Assembly (NCBI GenBank): GCA_043228905.1 | Contig: JBHGNT010000009.1 | Coordinates: forward strand, 18,228,001-18,292,000 | Direction: 5' to 3' | Origin: Azolla caroliniana | Lineage: Eukaryota > Plantae > Polypodiophyta | Length of the DNA stretch: 64,000 nt | Part shown: positions 25,801 to 38,200 of the stretch, one piece after another | Layout: each line of letters starts with the position of its first letter | Numbering within the stretch: position 1 is the stretch's first letter | Program-made: the position numbers and the translations under genes | Notes under the pieces: generated by a model | What the model was told of the DNA's origin: nothing | What the model saw: the letters and a program-made list of their open reading frames with translations, nothing else | The model's database searches: none

Positions 25801-28028
25801 TACCATGTTGACAATGCTCACATAAGGCAAAATCAGAGAATGACAACTTAGGTAAGTGGCCATAACGAGATAGGATTTCCATGCCATTTCTTGACATGTG
25901 GCCCAAACGACCATGCCAAATGCTCGTCATTGGCTGGTCTGTGACAGCCAACAAGTGTTCCTTTTGATGAACAAATAGAGGGTAGAGGGAACCAACTTTG
26001 TTCCCTTTTGCAACAATCATATTTCCTTTCGTTATACGGAAGGATTGAGAAGCAAACATCACCTTATATCCATTGTCATCAAGCTGACCAACGGAGATCA
26101 AACTACGAGTTAGTTGGGGAACATGGCGTACATCTTTAATGGTCAAATGAGCACCATCACTAAAATGCATTGAGATATCTCCAATGCCAATCACATCGCA
26201 TTGATGTGAGTCTCCAAGTCGAACTTTCCCAAGCGACTTGGCTTCATAACATGTGAACCATTCTCTATGTGGAGTCACATGAAACGATGCACCGGAGTCC
26301 AACAACCACGTATATGATGGAGAAAAAACCGTGTTCACCCCAGCATGTGTGCTAACATCATCTAGGACCAAGATGTCCGTCTCACCACATGTTGCATTTA
26401 CTTCCTCCGTTTCCAACGAGGAAGAGGGACCACTAGATTGTCTACCATGCCCTCTAGCATTATCTTTCTCCTTATTTTTAAGGGCATAACAATCTTTCTT
26501 AAGGTGACCCTTTTTATGACAGTAATGGCACTCCATATTTTTCTTCCTAGATTTGCTTCTACCTCTATCATTTCCACCACTATTTCTTGTTTGGCTCCTA
26601 CCACGATGTTGGTTCTTGCGAGGACCAACATCAGAAACATTATATGCATCTCCATTATGTGATGCAATCACAGATTTTCTACGAATTTCTTCACCTAAAA
26701 GTGCTCCACATATATCATTATAGACTAGTTTCCCGTTTGGTGCACTAGCACTAATGGCAGTGCAAAAGGTGTCCCATGATGTAGGCAAAGTGCATAACAG
26801 AAATACGCATTTCAGCTCATCATCCAAAATCATTTTCTGAGCTAGTAGTTGTGACCACAATGCATCAAAGTCGTTCAAATGAGAGGCGACACTGTCATTG
26901 TCCTTCATTCGAAGATCATAAAGTTTTCTCATTAGATAAACTTTGTTTGATGCGGTCTCTTTTTCATATGTGTTGCATAATTTGGTCCATAGTATTTCAG
27001 CCGAGTCACAATCTAGGACCGTGAAATACACATTGTCGGCTAGGTGTAGTCTTATAGTAGACATTGCCAAGAGATCGAGCTCTTCCCAATCATCTTTGGT
27101 CATGCCCTCAGGTCTCTTGGCTTCACCACTTAATGGTCTTAATTGCCTTCTTTGAATCAGGACATCTCTCATCTGATTCTTCCACAAGGCAAAGTTGGAT
27201 CCGTCAAATTTACGGATCTCAAGGTGGTCTTTTCCACTCATAGGGTGATTTCTATGGGAATTGAACGAACCACCGCGTGAGGTACTTGAAACCTCGGACA
27301 TTTCAGAGGCAGCCATTTGGAAGCTAGGTAAACTTGGTCAATCCCAAATATAAACAACTAACAATAGTTGAGACACTACTCCCTACCTAGTCTCAAGCCG
27401 TGTTCTAGGGTAGGTATGTGTGTTCGATTGAGGACAACACCTCTTTCTTATATCAGCCAAGGTAAAATGTCTGTAACCAAGACGTAACTTCAACGTCACA
27501 AACTCACATCAAGTGAGCAAGCATCGAAAGGAGAAAAAAAAAAAAAAACCAAACACAGGTTCTTTTGCGTGTAAATCCTCACTTCTGTATACTAGAAACA
27601 ACAAGTCTTCTCTGTTTCTACCTTCCACCAAGGTCTATTTTTCCCCAAAAAATAGGCACACAAAAAAAAAACTGTTCAAGACGGAAACGTGTAGTAGATA
27701 TTACCTCTGTCGAGGTCCTGAAAAATAGCATGCGCAGAGGGGGAAAACGCAGAAATGTAGATGCTTGTTGCTACACACAGTCTCACAAAGTCCACGCTCT
27801 GATACCACTGTTGAATCTGGAGTAATGGAGGCGGACGAGCTGCTGTTTTCTGGCCTGCACAGAAAATGTCGAACACACACACACAGAGAAAAACAGCACA
27901 CAGAAAAAAAAACAGAAAAGAGAAAGACAAAACTTTTTTTGGGGGCAAATGAAACCCTCATTTCTATTAGTTTATATACCTATGCGTAAATAGTAAGAAA
28001 TTACAGATTTGGCCTTTTCTTACTATCA
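22823..28028 (-). mobile_element. Intact Ty1/copia LTR retrotransposon
   Basis: TG..CA LTRs at 22823-23041 and 27809-28028 differ only by one T in a homopolymer. 5-bp TSD AAGCG, tRNA-iMet PBS TGGTATCAGAGC (27796-27807, - strand), and PPT AGTGGGAGA next to the 3' LTR. Confidence 0.98.
23165..27316 (-). CDS. Copia Gag-Pol polyprotein (1383 aa)
   Basis: Uninterrupted ORF in copia order: CCHC knuckle (CHYCHKKGHLKKDC), protease (LLDSGAS), integrase (HGRLGH..CEHC; DVCGP; SDNGGEY), RT (YKARLVAKG, YVDD) and RNase H (DSDYAG..TEAEY..ADALTK). Confidence 0.97.
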   Translation of the reverse strand: MAASEMSEVSSTSRGGSFNSHRNHPMSGKDHLEIRKFDGSNFALWKNQMRDVLIQRRQLRPLSGEAKRPEGMTKDDWEELDLLAMSTIRLHLADNVYFTVLDCDSAEILWTKLCNTYEKETASNKVYLMRKLYDLRMKDNDSVASHLNDFDALWSQLLAQKMILDDELKCVFLLCTLPTSWDTFCTAISASAPNGKLVYNDICGALLGEEIRRKSVIASHNGDAYNVSDVGPRKNQHRGRSQTRNSGGNDRGRSKSRKKNMECHYCHKKGHLKKDCYALKNKEKDNARGHGRQSSGPSSSLETEEVNATCGETDILVLDDVSTHAGVNTVFSPSYTWLLDSGASFHVTPHREWFTCYEAKSLGKVRLGDSHQCDVIGIGDISMHFSDGAHLTIKDVRHVPQLTRSLISVGQLDDNGYKVMFASQSFRITKGNMIVAKGNKVGSLYPLFVHQKEHLLAVTDQPMTSIWHGRLGHMSRNGMEILSRYGHLPKLSFSDFALCEHCQHGKQTRSAHKTSVNSSTKPLDLVHTDVCGPMPTRSLGGALYFVTFIDDATRKVWAYPIKGKDDVYPTFRKWLSSVELEKDIKLKALRSDNGGEYTSHEFVDFCKSRGIRREFTAPYTPVQNGVAERMNRTIQDRVVSMLHHANLSQGFWAEAVLTAVHVINLSPNTTIGLRVAQEVWTGKTPHYAHLRVFGCEAYVHIPKTLRKKLDYKCRKCIFLGYGIDGQFGYRLWDPDTRTVVRSSDVVFDENKMHKQSVKEVEVRKVAFKDSTPFVDEKQKNLIDVDASQSQKTVIDQDEDAQNDNAQHNDVQNDAFQQEYAHNDDAQNEVSHAQPDGTQVQDSLRRSMRVPKAPSKFADYVMLTDAGEPSCYNEAISVNDHVKWKQAMQSELDSIYKNGTWDLVPLPKDRKALPCKWVYKYKYTSDSASPKYKARLVAKGFKQEYGIDFDETFSPVVKMTTLRMLLSLAANQNLELVQMDVKTAFLHGDLDEDIYMEQPEGYEVLGKEHLVCKLKKSLYGLKQSPRLWYQKFDAFMKTQGCTRSNEDACLYTKNCSDGSFITLILYVDDMLIAGKNKDELSSLKKNLSQNFDMKDLGDAKHILGMRITRDRSKRCIYLSQAEYISKVLMRFNMENAKPLSTPLPSYVNLSTRDCPTSDEDKKFMSKVPYQSAVGSLMYAMIATRPDIAFAVGAVSRFMSNPGNKHWEAVKLILRYLCGTKNRCLCLGGGTVSIIGYTDSDYAGCSDSRKSTSGYIFQFMGGAISWRSRLQKCTALSTTEAEYVAASEACKEAVWLSRLACDMGISKLVPILFCDSQSAIALAKNPVYHAKTKHIGVRYHFIQECIAAGYISLEKVVSQDNAADALTKALSHEALEHCCHLMGIT

Positions 28029-30071
28029 AAGCGATGATCCAACCACGGTTATTGTATCATTCATGTGCAGGATGGATGAGGAGGTCCAGGTTTGACATCT
28101 ATTAGTGTTGGTGAATATCTGGGGATCCTTGTTGCTGCTGTAGAAATGTTTCTACTGCATGAAAGAGTTGAACTTTTGGTTCCGAACCATTCAAGTTGAG
28201 GTCACCATTACCAGGCAAAGGAGTTTATCATTGAAGTTGAGTGAGGGTACCATAACCATGCCAAGAGTCAAAACGACTGGGTAAGATCTGCAAAGTTGAG
28301 GTTACCATTACCATTATCAGACCTGCATTCGCAAGTTGAGATTACCAGTTTCAAGCTTCCCATCACCACAACCTTCTTCCCTCTCGAAAAAGAACGCAAA
28401 TTGTGATATAAAGTTATATGTTCGACTATTGATACCTTATCAACCTTCTTTCAAAGTTGCAGTATTGGTCTATAGTTTTATTGTTGATATCTTCTAAAAG
28501 AACTGCCATGGTGTAGAGACATTGCCATATGGGGAATCAGCTATAACTAAATGCGCCAATGCCAAGAGCTGTTTTGCTATGCCCAAACTCTTCCGAATTA
28601 TATATCCCATAACTGTCTAGCCACTCTTTACACGTTATGAATTGGCATGTCAAAAGTCACAACCTTATATCTAACAGAATTGGCCATGGAGGACATTATC
28701 GTCCAGAAGAAGAGTTGAAATGTACTGGAATCCAAAGAAGAACATTGGTTGGTTGCTTTGCTTAGCCAATAGCTATTGATGATGATCAATGATCTCCAAA
28801 ACCATGGGCTACGAACAAATTATTATTTGAAACATGCATGGGATCATATATATATATATATATATCAGTATCCCAAGTTTCCAAATGTTGGGTGGCCTTT
28901 GCTCCAATGGATGTAGCCAAAACAAAATATATCATGTTTAGTTTCACGAATGCAAGTACATGCCTGCCTATCTAGGCATTATAGTGGCATCATTCCAATC
29001 TTGACATTCTTGTGTTCAGAAGACCATATCTAGATGTGGATTGAGAGTGATCACTTATATGTACAAGGCTAGTTTTTCATGTCACCCATCAAGTTAATAC
29101 CATGTCTAAATGTATATTGGGAGTGACTCGAAGGTTGGCTTTTCACATCATCCGCTACGTTATATATGTACTTGGTCGCACTAGAGTATGAAATCATGTT
29201 GCATCAAACCTTGTCGTCATCACGCTTTGGCACTTTGCTAATATATATTCTTGTTTTCACCATTATTTGTTCTATTTGATTGTGACCTCTTTTATTTTGC
29301 AAAATATTATATGGTGTCCAAAGTTTTGAGGTTTTGCACTTGCTTCTTGAGTGAAGCTTTGGAGGACAGAACATAGTTGCAAAGGTATGTTCCCACATAA
29401 AAGAGGATCATGTTCACTCAAGCAATGCAATAGAAGATGGTAACTTCTGCAAGTGGAGGTTAACGTTTGGCGCTTTTCTAGTTAACATAAAGGGTTAAGT
29501 GTGTGTAATATATAATATATAAAAGGGATCTTTATCACCAAGTAGATCAATAGTCATTAGAACATAATTCATTGATATTATCTTGTTAATGTTGGCTGCA
29601 TGGTTCTATTTTCTCCATGCATTGGTATTTGTAATGTATGAGAAGGGGTTTTCTTGCCTATTCTCTTAAATGGCAATCATAGGACCTTAATTCATTGTTA
29701 AAAGTTGTTAATCCCATGGGTTGATTTGAAGCCAAAACCCAAGGCCACATGTCCTCATTTTAATATGGGTCTACTCATCATCCACATTCAAATGCACTAC
29801 TCATACTCAAACTAGTCACTACTCTTATCTTCACCCTCGGGCCTCACCTCACCCATACATGTCCTCCCGCCCAACGTAATGTCCATGATAGCACACCGTG
29901 GAAACTCAAAATGTCCACCATGTTGGATTCTTGTAAGGAACTACAATAGGAGGCAGTGAGGGGTAAAAAGGAGCTTCAAGACGGGGAGTTATAAACGTTT
30001 TTTTTTATATATAAAGATAGTCCACGAGTTCTTCTTGTTTTTATTATAAACGTTTAGTTCTTCTGAGAGAT

Positions 30072-30170
30072 TTCTAGAAACATCGGGATTACTCTTCTAG
30101 AAACATCCAGATCCTTCTTCTCCTCCTCCTCACTGCTTACCACCGCCACCACCACTCACAGATATAAAGA
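30072..30170 (+). promoter_or_regulatory. Heat-shock promoter of sHSP-5
   Basis: TTCtaGAAacATC at 30072, TTCtaGAAacATCcaGATccTTC at 30095-30117, and TATAAA at ~30163. Confidence 0.8.
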
Positions 30171-30332
30171 AAGGGCTCGCCATCGCCATCGCCATCGCCA
30201 TTAAGTCTTCTGCATACACATAATCTCAAGCTCCCATCACTCCCCTAACTCTTTCTCTCTCTCTCTCTCCATCGCCATTTTAACCCACAGATACAGAGAA
30301 TCTTCTTCTCAGGACAAGAATCGCTCTCGGCA

Positions 30333-30968
30333 ATGGCTGTTTCCTTCTTTGGACGTGGCAATCGCAAAGCATCAGAAGATCCCCTCGACTCCATCTTCTC
30401 CGACTCCCTCATCTTCCCCTCTTTCCCGCTCTCTTCTGCTTGGACTGTCTCCTCTTTCCCTGACCATCCCGGATTTGCTCGAGATGTTGCAGCGGTTGCC
30501 AACACGCAGGTGGATTGGAAGGAGACCCCCGACTCCCACATCTTCAAGGCTAATTTACCTGGTAACGAAACCCTGCCTGAATTTTCTCTAACCATTTGGT
30601 TTAACTAGCCTTACTATTACTCCAGTTCAGTACTTTTCTCTTCCAAATTATGGTACGGTAGTCCTGACTCCCTTGGCATTGTGTGCTAATCAGGTCTGAG
30701 CAAGCAAGAAGTGAAGGTGCAGGTGGAAGAAGGGCGTGTACTGCAGATCAGTGGTGAGCGCAAGAAAGAGGAGACATCTTCTACCGACAGGTGGCACAGG
30801 GTGGAGCGCTCACAGGGAAGCTTCCTCCGCCGTTTCAAGCTCCCAGAGAATACCAAGGTGGAGGAAGTGAAGGCAGCCATGGAGAATGGTGTTCTCACAG
30901 TCACTGTCCCCAAGTTTACACCGCCTGAGCCAAAAACTGCTGTACGCACCATTGATATCTCGGGTTAA
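30333..30968 (+). CDS. HSP20: Small heat-shock protein, copy 5; exons 30333-30561 and 30694-30968, 167 aa
   Basis: ACD motifs, GT..AG intron 30562-30693, C-terminal IDI motif. Confidence 0.95.
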
Positions 30969-32006
30969 ATTTGATAACCCTGAGTTTAGGTTTTGTATTC
31001 CATCCAAGCCCAGCAACTTTTGCTTCTGATTTCTACTATGGGATACGTAAAAAACGCCAGTCAATACTTTTTCGTCTTCTTTTTCTCCTTATATCATTTA
31101 AAGCTGACAGTTGATATGCTGGGGGTAGTTGTATGCGAATTATCTCTCTAATATTATCAGGAAACAATTAAATATCTTTTCTGGATCTCCTTGTATCAAA
31201 CTTTCCGTGCAGTTGAAATTTTTTCGCTTATTATTTATTCCCAGCTGCTAATCAAAGACAACATGCCACTAATCATGTAATATCATCTTCATGCATGTAA
31301 AGTGTCTACAATATACGCCTTATCTAATAATAGAATTCCGCTCTTGCTAAATCAGCGAGGTTCTTATAGAGGAAGAATCAGCAAATACATTAGTGTACAC
31401 GTAACCTAGCAAAAGGAGCTCAGAGTGGCAAAATTAGCAAAATACATTGGTATAAACAGATGAAAATAACCTAAAATGAATGTGCACGTGACCTACCAAG
31501 AGAAGCTGTTAAGAGAGGAAAAATTAGCAAATATAACCTCCAATGAATTTTCAGATAATCACTTGTACAATCGGAATTATATAGCAAATATACGCTAGTC
31601 GGGTAAAACAATCATAATCACACAATTTGTCTATTGTTTCACATATTTATGCCATGGTTGCCCATCAGGTTTTCTCACCCTTGAATGAAAAGAAGGATTT
31701 ACCGGAGTATAGTAGAGATGCAAGGTTCATAGATGCTCGGACAATCAGTTTGGAACGATAATAAAAAAATATCCATTGATTCATCCTTATTAATAGTATA
31801 TAGATTTAACATGTTCTCAGCAGATGATCAAATTGATGGAAAAGTTACTCCCAAAGTGAAAACGTCAAGACAAGTTACAGCATTGTGATTGAAATGTTTC
31901 ATGATGAATTAAAAAAGAATGGAGATATGTAATATGGAGCCACATGTTGATAGATGCTATAAACGTTCTGTTTGAGCTCTAATTATCATTCAATGTTTTG
32001 ACAAAG

Positions 32007-32090
32007 TATGGTAGAATTGCAAGCAAGTGGCTAATATGGTAGAATTGCAAGCAAGTGGCTAATATGGTAGAATTGCAAGCAAGTGGCTAG
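32007..32090. repeat. 28-bp tandem repeat x3
   Basis: TATGGTAGAATTGCAAGCAAGTGGCTAA at 32007, 32035 and 32063 (last base differs in the third copy). Confidence 0.95.
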
Positions 32091-32819
32091 GAAGCAAGAT
32101 GACAAAAAAGATGATGTCCAGGCCCAGATTCGGTAACCTAATAAAACCATAGACTTCATCATGTTGTCATTGATGATAAGTCGCAAAGACTTCATTACAC
32201 ATAAGATCATTGAAACTATACTGGCCACGTTTGCTGACAATATCAGAAGGATTATTCTAGACCATGATGCGTGGCATTCGGACACCCAATCATGAGCCAA
32301 TCATTAAGAACTCACCCTACCAATACTAAAAATCTCTATAAGATGAAAAAAACAAAAACAACGTATTGTGGTAAGATCTATCTCTCCACACGGGAAAGAC
32401 ATTGTCTAATCCAAAGATCATTCCTTGAGTTTCTCAAAGGATTGACGAAACCGAGGCATATGATGTTCTTGTCTAGGGGTGACAAACTTTGTTAGTTAAG
32501 CCAAATTTGAGGTCGGTAGCAAGGGACACAGTGTGCAGCTATGGCAAAGACTATAATATAATCATATCCAAGAGATGTATGCCATACTCTTCACAGGGTA
32601 AACCACCCCCAGAGTTGTGATTAAGCAAGCCAAGGAAAGTTAACAACAAAAGATATAGTGCACATGGGCCATCCCAACACCACATCATGGAGATCATCAT
32701 TCGCATTCACATTGTCTGATCTGCACAAGGACACCCAAACAGAACTAGTTTACTTCATCACAGCAACATTTCGCCACACCAACAGACATTAGACAACATT
32801 TCAGCACACCAAAATAATG

Positions 32820-33050
32820 GTGGCCTGGTGATACCAGCAAATGAGATGGAGATTGAAGAATAACGGCTTCATTATAAGCCCTGTGGCAGTGAAACAAGGA
32901 TGTCATTTATTACCTACTCTTTCCCATCTATACATTGACCAACTAGAAGAGTTCATAGCACAATCAAGATGAAATTTGTATAGGCAGAACAAATATATGG
33001 CATAGCTATGGAGATCATATACACTCAATATTTGCAGACAATGTGGATAA
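32820..33050 (+). mobile_element. Decayed non-LTR retrotransposon RT fragment
   Basis: Frameshifted translation VKQGCHLLPTLF..YIDQLEEFI...IFADNV resembles RT motifs 4-5. Confidence 0.5.
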
Positions 33051-33479
33051 TCCCATTGACGGAGTCAAGGTAGATGATGACCAATTGAAATCTTACCTGC
33101 TGTGACATCATCTTACATGACCAATTCACACATTTGCATGAGAGTCTGAATGCAGATGCATATTTTTGAGCCTTCTGAAGTTGCAAAGTGCCTCTTCCAC
33201 ATCAGTAACGAGGCAAGACTTACAGAACAACCACCTCCTGATGACCAGCTGAGATAAAAATTCATCTGGTATTTCTTCTTCAGCAGTGACCATCACAACT
33301 GGCTTTTCATTCTGCAGGACATACTTTGTCAATGCCTCTATATTCATTTACAGTATCATGTTAGCCCACCAGCACTTTAACCACTTGTCTCGGACTCATT
33401 TAATATATCATGGAGAACAAGGTTTACTTGCCAATACATTTTACAGTATGAAGTTAGCCAAGCAGTGCAGAAGTGCTTT

Positions 33480-34085
33480 AACTACTTGTCTCTGACTCAA
33501 GAAATAGATTATACAGAACGAGGATTATTTGCCAAAGTATGTTTTGGCCAAAATTGTGGCTACAATGCATGAATACAAAGGTTCCTTTCGTATTCATGTG
33601 AAATTAGAAAAGCAGTATGACTGGTTTCCACAGGGAAATCCTAAGGAAATCAATATGGATATGTATCTGGAGGATTTTGTCCATTGAGCAAATGGCTAAG
33701 CAGCAAAATCAGGCACATAGGTTGACATATATACTCAGTTCTACATAGTAAGGAATGATGATAATCATCTGTCATTACGCATGGCATAATTAGTTTGTCA
33801 TGACTTCCCAGAGTTCTAAAAGTCTGTAATTCATGTGTCACCCGAAGATCCCCCTCCTGGCTAAAGGCATTTGCAATATTCCCTTGATCACAAGATGCCC
33901 TTGGTTGAGATGGCACTTATTGCATGAGTTTAGTTTTGAAGTGACATTCTGCCACATGAGCAACTCATCTTCAGTTTCAGATGTGATTCAACTTAGTGTA
34001 GAATAACCAGTAAGTTCATGTTCATCCCAAAAGGCTTGAGGAGAAGATAACTTCCAAGCCTCCAAAGAGTAGAAGTGCAAATTTG
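33480..34085. repeat. ~600-bp block duplicated at ~59660-60225
   Basis: Colinear similarity from GACTCAAGAAATAGATTATA to CCTCCAAAGA.TAGAAGTG; ORF-track translations of the two copies overlap (DKLIMPCVMTD). Confidence 0.85.
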
Positions 34086-34269
34086 GTCATTTTCCAGCTT
34101 TACAGCACTATGTTCTTTTAATCTGGTAAAGAGTTCATCAGATTTTTAGTTTACAAACACATTTGTAGCTCTGAACTTTCAAAAGCTTCCTTTGACAAGG
34201 GATGGAAATGACTTTTTACAGCAAAAAAAACAGAAAAATAAAATGTAAAGAAGATCTTACCAATGTAGT

Positions 34270-35239
34270 CTTTCTCCTTTCTTTCTCTCTCGAATTTTCT
34301 AGATGCGGAGAGGAAGTGGAGGAGGAAGAGGCAACAAGCCACATCTTGCTCAATGCAAGCCATGGCTTTTTTCACAGCGAAGATCACTTTATTCTTTAGC
34401 CATGATTTTTGGCTATGTATAGCACATGTTGCCCCCTAGTCCCTATTTATAGGGTTCTTGGCCATACGCCATTGTATGTGGGACATATGGGATGGGCATA
34501 TGTCTTTTGCCCATTTCTACATGTACTATGACATCTGGCCAAAAGTTTGTCTGTCCATTACATATATATATCATTGTGGGCTTGTCCTTCTTCTTCTACG
34601 TGTATGTAATTTGTGTGCGAGGGGTTTCATAGATATGCCTTTGTATGTAGGAAAAATGAAATGAAATGGGATGGGATGGAATGCCTGCCCATAATTTGAT
34701 GGAAATGGAAACCTTTTTTGTGTTTTCCTTTCTTTTCACGCCTCTTAGAAAACCTATCAATTATTTTCGAATTCTCATGCATAGGGCTCATAGACATATG
34801 CCTTTGTATGTGGGACAATTGAAATGAAATGGGATGGGATGGCTGCCCATAATTTGATAGAAATGGAAACCTTTCTTGTCTTTTCCTTTCTTTTCACTCC
34901 TCTTAATAAACCTATAAAATCTTTTCGAATTCTTGTGCCAATATAACCACATATTCGTAAAATGCAACTCTGAACCAAACCGATATAACCACATATACGT
35001 TAACATTCTATACATTTTACATTACAACATATCGATCCCATGTTGTTTATTCATTCTCTTGTACATGCTTGCATGAATGTGACACATATGACACACACAC
35101 CCCCTTGCATACACAAGCACACGTAAAATACACATAAAACATATGTGAATACATACTTACTTATACATACACACACATTTTACATGTATACATTCATAAC
35201 TAGGCAGTACATAAGCATTTACAAAAACAATTGTCTTTA
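34270..35239. repeat. Unclassified modular dispersed repeat, copy 1 (continues after the L1 at ~40637-40700)
   Basis: 34270-34880 is homologous to 52856-53340, and 34870-35239 to 49516-49860. Confidence 0.85.
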
Positions 35240-38200
35240 GAGGAACCATCATGGAGAGAAACGAACAGCAGGAGGTTGCACGAACAACAGCTCGGAATGG
35301 ATGGCAGTGATGAGAGTAGTGATGACAATAGAGGGGGCATCAAACAACGTCTCAAAACCATCGGAGGTTGCACGAACTGCAAGTCGAAACCCTCTTGCCA
35401 ACAAGGGGACGCAGGTATGTGAGGATCGAACCTCTAATGCTTATGATGATGATCTGGAACAGGGGATACAGGGGATGATATAGGCTAGGTGATAACTCAA
35501 TGCAAGCTATGGGAACCTTCGTTCTCTCCTCGGAAGAAGAATGCATCATGGAGAGTGAAATCGTAAGACTTAGACAGGAATCATTTGTGGTGAAAGTGGT
35601 GGGTAATCGACTGAATCGCCCGCTGTTGCGTGATTGGTTGCAAAGTTGCCTGCAAGAAAACCTTGGAAGAATGAAGGACATCACATTTATGGGAAAGGGG
35701 TTTTACCATGTTACTATGATGCCTAAAACGAATATATGCAAAATTATCGAGACCAGTCCATTGACATGGCACAATGCAAGAGCATATGTATTCAAATGGG
35801 ATGTAGACTTCGACATGTGTAAAGCAAATGCTTGTGTAGGAAATCCAGCAGTAATAACGACCTTTTTCCTTGGTTTACCTAAGCAATGGGAGTCCTTTCT
35901 CCCAGCCATTGGGAAAAGTATGGGAGGGCAATGTTTGGAAAAACATTTGCAGAGAGAGTAAGTGAAACGCCGAGGATGAAATTAATTGTCTCTGATGTAA
36001 AGGCCTTACCACAAACAATGGTGCTAAGCAGCAAACTAATGCCTAACCATGTACAGCCAGTGGAATATGTCGGACTCCCAGGGCAATGCTTTGTATGTAG
36101 ACAAATGGAGCATATGGCCCGAGAATGCCCTAGAGGTAAGGAGATCATGCATCGTAGAAATGGGAAGCATGGATGGAAAAGCCCAACAAGTTTGACACAA
36201 CAGAAAAATATGAGAACAAACCATGCAATGCGGATGAATGAAGATGGATGGAAGTATATGAACAATAAAGGAAAACAAAAAATTATGCTCGGACAAGAAT
36301 GGCTTCCACTTAGCAACAAATATGAACTCTTAACCTTAGAGGACAATGAAAACATAGCTAATGACAAGGAAGCAAGATCAAAGGCACATTCGGAGAGCAA
36401 CTTTGTGAATGTTATTAATGATATGTAGACATTGCAGCAGGAAGATAATGTGTTAGTGTTTGAAACTAATCAGATGCATCAAGAATGTATGGATGAGGCA
36501 AGAGAAATAAGACATCAAAAGGATGTAAGCCCCTTGAAAGAGCAAGATAAGTCGCTAGTGACAACCCAACATATTAAGGGGATAGCGAAAATGAAAAGGC
36601 ACATAAGTGCTAGAAAAGAGGAAGAGAATGGGATGGAGAAAAATAAAGGTATGCGTAAATGGTCAAGAGTGAAATGGAATCCTCAATACAAAGTGACCCC
36701 CCTATCGAATATTGGGCAACAAATCAAATTGAAATTGACAAGCAAAAAGTGGTTCAAGGAAATGTGTGGAGTTGAGATGAAGGAGGACACCAGGTTGGAC
36801 AGATGGTATTTGGACCCTTGGCTCATAGATATGAAAGGCAGATGCATAATTTGTCCTGGAACGATGTTCTCAAACCATGCACCAGTCTTGTTACATATAA
36901 AAGAAAACATTTGATGTAATCCACATAATGTGAAGGTGAGCAAGGAGTTGGTCATGGACAATAAATGGACTAATGATATAAGAAGACTATGGTCTAATGT
37001 CAAATGGATGTATCATGATCCCGCTCATAGGCTGGCTGGGAAAATTGAGGAATGTGCATGTTTCTTTTAGAAGAAAGCAACTGAAATTAGAAAAGAGATG
37101 AAGGAGAAACTACAGAGAATGTAATGGACACTCGCTTCTATGCAGCGACTAAGAGAACAATACCCGAATAATGTATGGATTGAGACCCGACTAGAGGAGG
37201 CAAAAAGCAAATTGGATATGTATCAGAAACTAAGGACTACTAATGCCTATCGTAGTAAAGCAGTAAATTGGATGAGGGTAGGAGACCGTGTTATGAAAGG
37301 TTTTTTTGAAGCTGTAAAATGTAAAGGCTTCGGGACCCAACCTTCATGTTTGAAAAAGACAGATGGCACAATGACCACGTGCGTGGAGGAAATGCTTGAA
37401 ATGGCCACGAGCTATTATATGCAACGAGGAACATATTGAGCAAGATGCCTTTAGAAATATAATAAACAAGATACTGAAGAGAGTTTCGGCTCAGATGATG
37501 GACCGTCTAAATACCCCTATTTGTATACAAGAATTGTGGGATGCAATTTCAAATATGAACAAACAAAGTTGTGAAGGCATTGATGGACTCCCTATATATT
37601 TTTACATCAAATATTGGGATCTAATTAAGGATGACATGTTGGAAGGGATGCTATACATTATGGCTGAAGGTTTAATGCCTCCAACAATGTGTCGAGGAAT
37701 GATTTATTTAATTCCCAAGGATGGGAAAGATCTAACTATGTTTGATAATTGGCAACCTTTGACGATTCTCACTAATGCCTATAAGATCATGGCTAAAGTT
37801 GTAAGTAGTCGATTGAAAATGGTCCTAGGGGACATTATACATACAACGCAAACTGGCTTCCTCGAAAACCGGAGCATTGTTGACAATGTGATAACTTTCT
37901 AGGAGTATTCAGCATGGGCGAAGGAGCAAGGAGTGGACCTAGCAGTAATGTTACTCAATTTCGAAAAAGCATATGACAGGATCTCATGGGAATTCCCAGA
38001 AGTAGTGATGGATGCCCTAGGCTTCGAGCAGCAATGGATCCTTGGATTGGCTGCCTTTTATAGGGATGCTTCCAGCCAAGTTTTAATGGTTGGAAGCTTG
38101 GGGAAGAGCTTTAGGATGACGCGATTGGTACGCCAAGGATGCCCATTGGCCCCGTACCTATTCATTATTGCAACAGAAGCTTTGCATTATCATATTGGTG

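Noticed and set aside
27809-28028. ONSEN-like heat-responsive LTR
   Set aside because: No nGAAnnTTCn array is visible in the LTR on either strand.
32007-32090. CRISPR-like 28-bp repeats
   Set aside because: The repeats are head-to-tail with no spacers, in a eukaryotic context with no cas genes.
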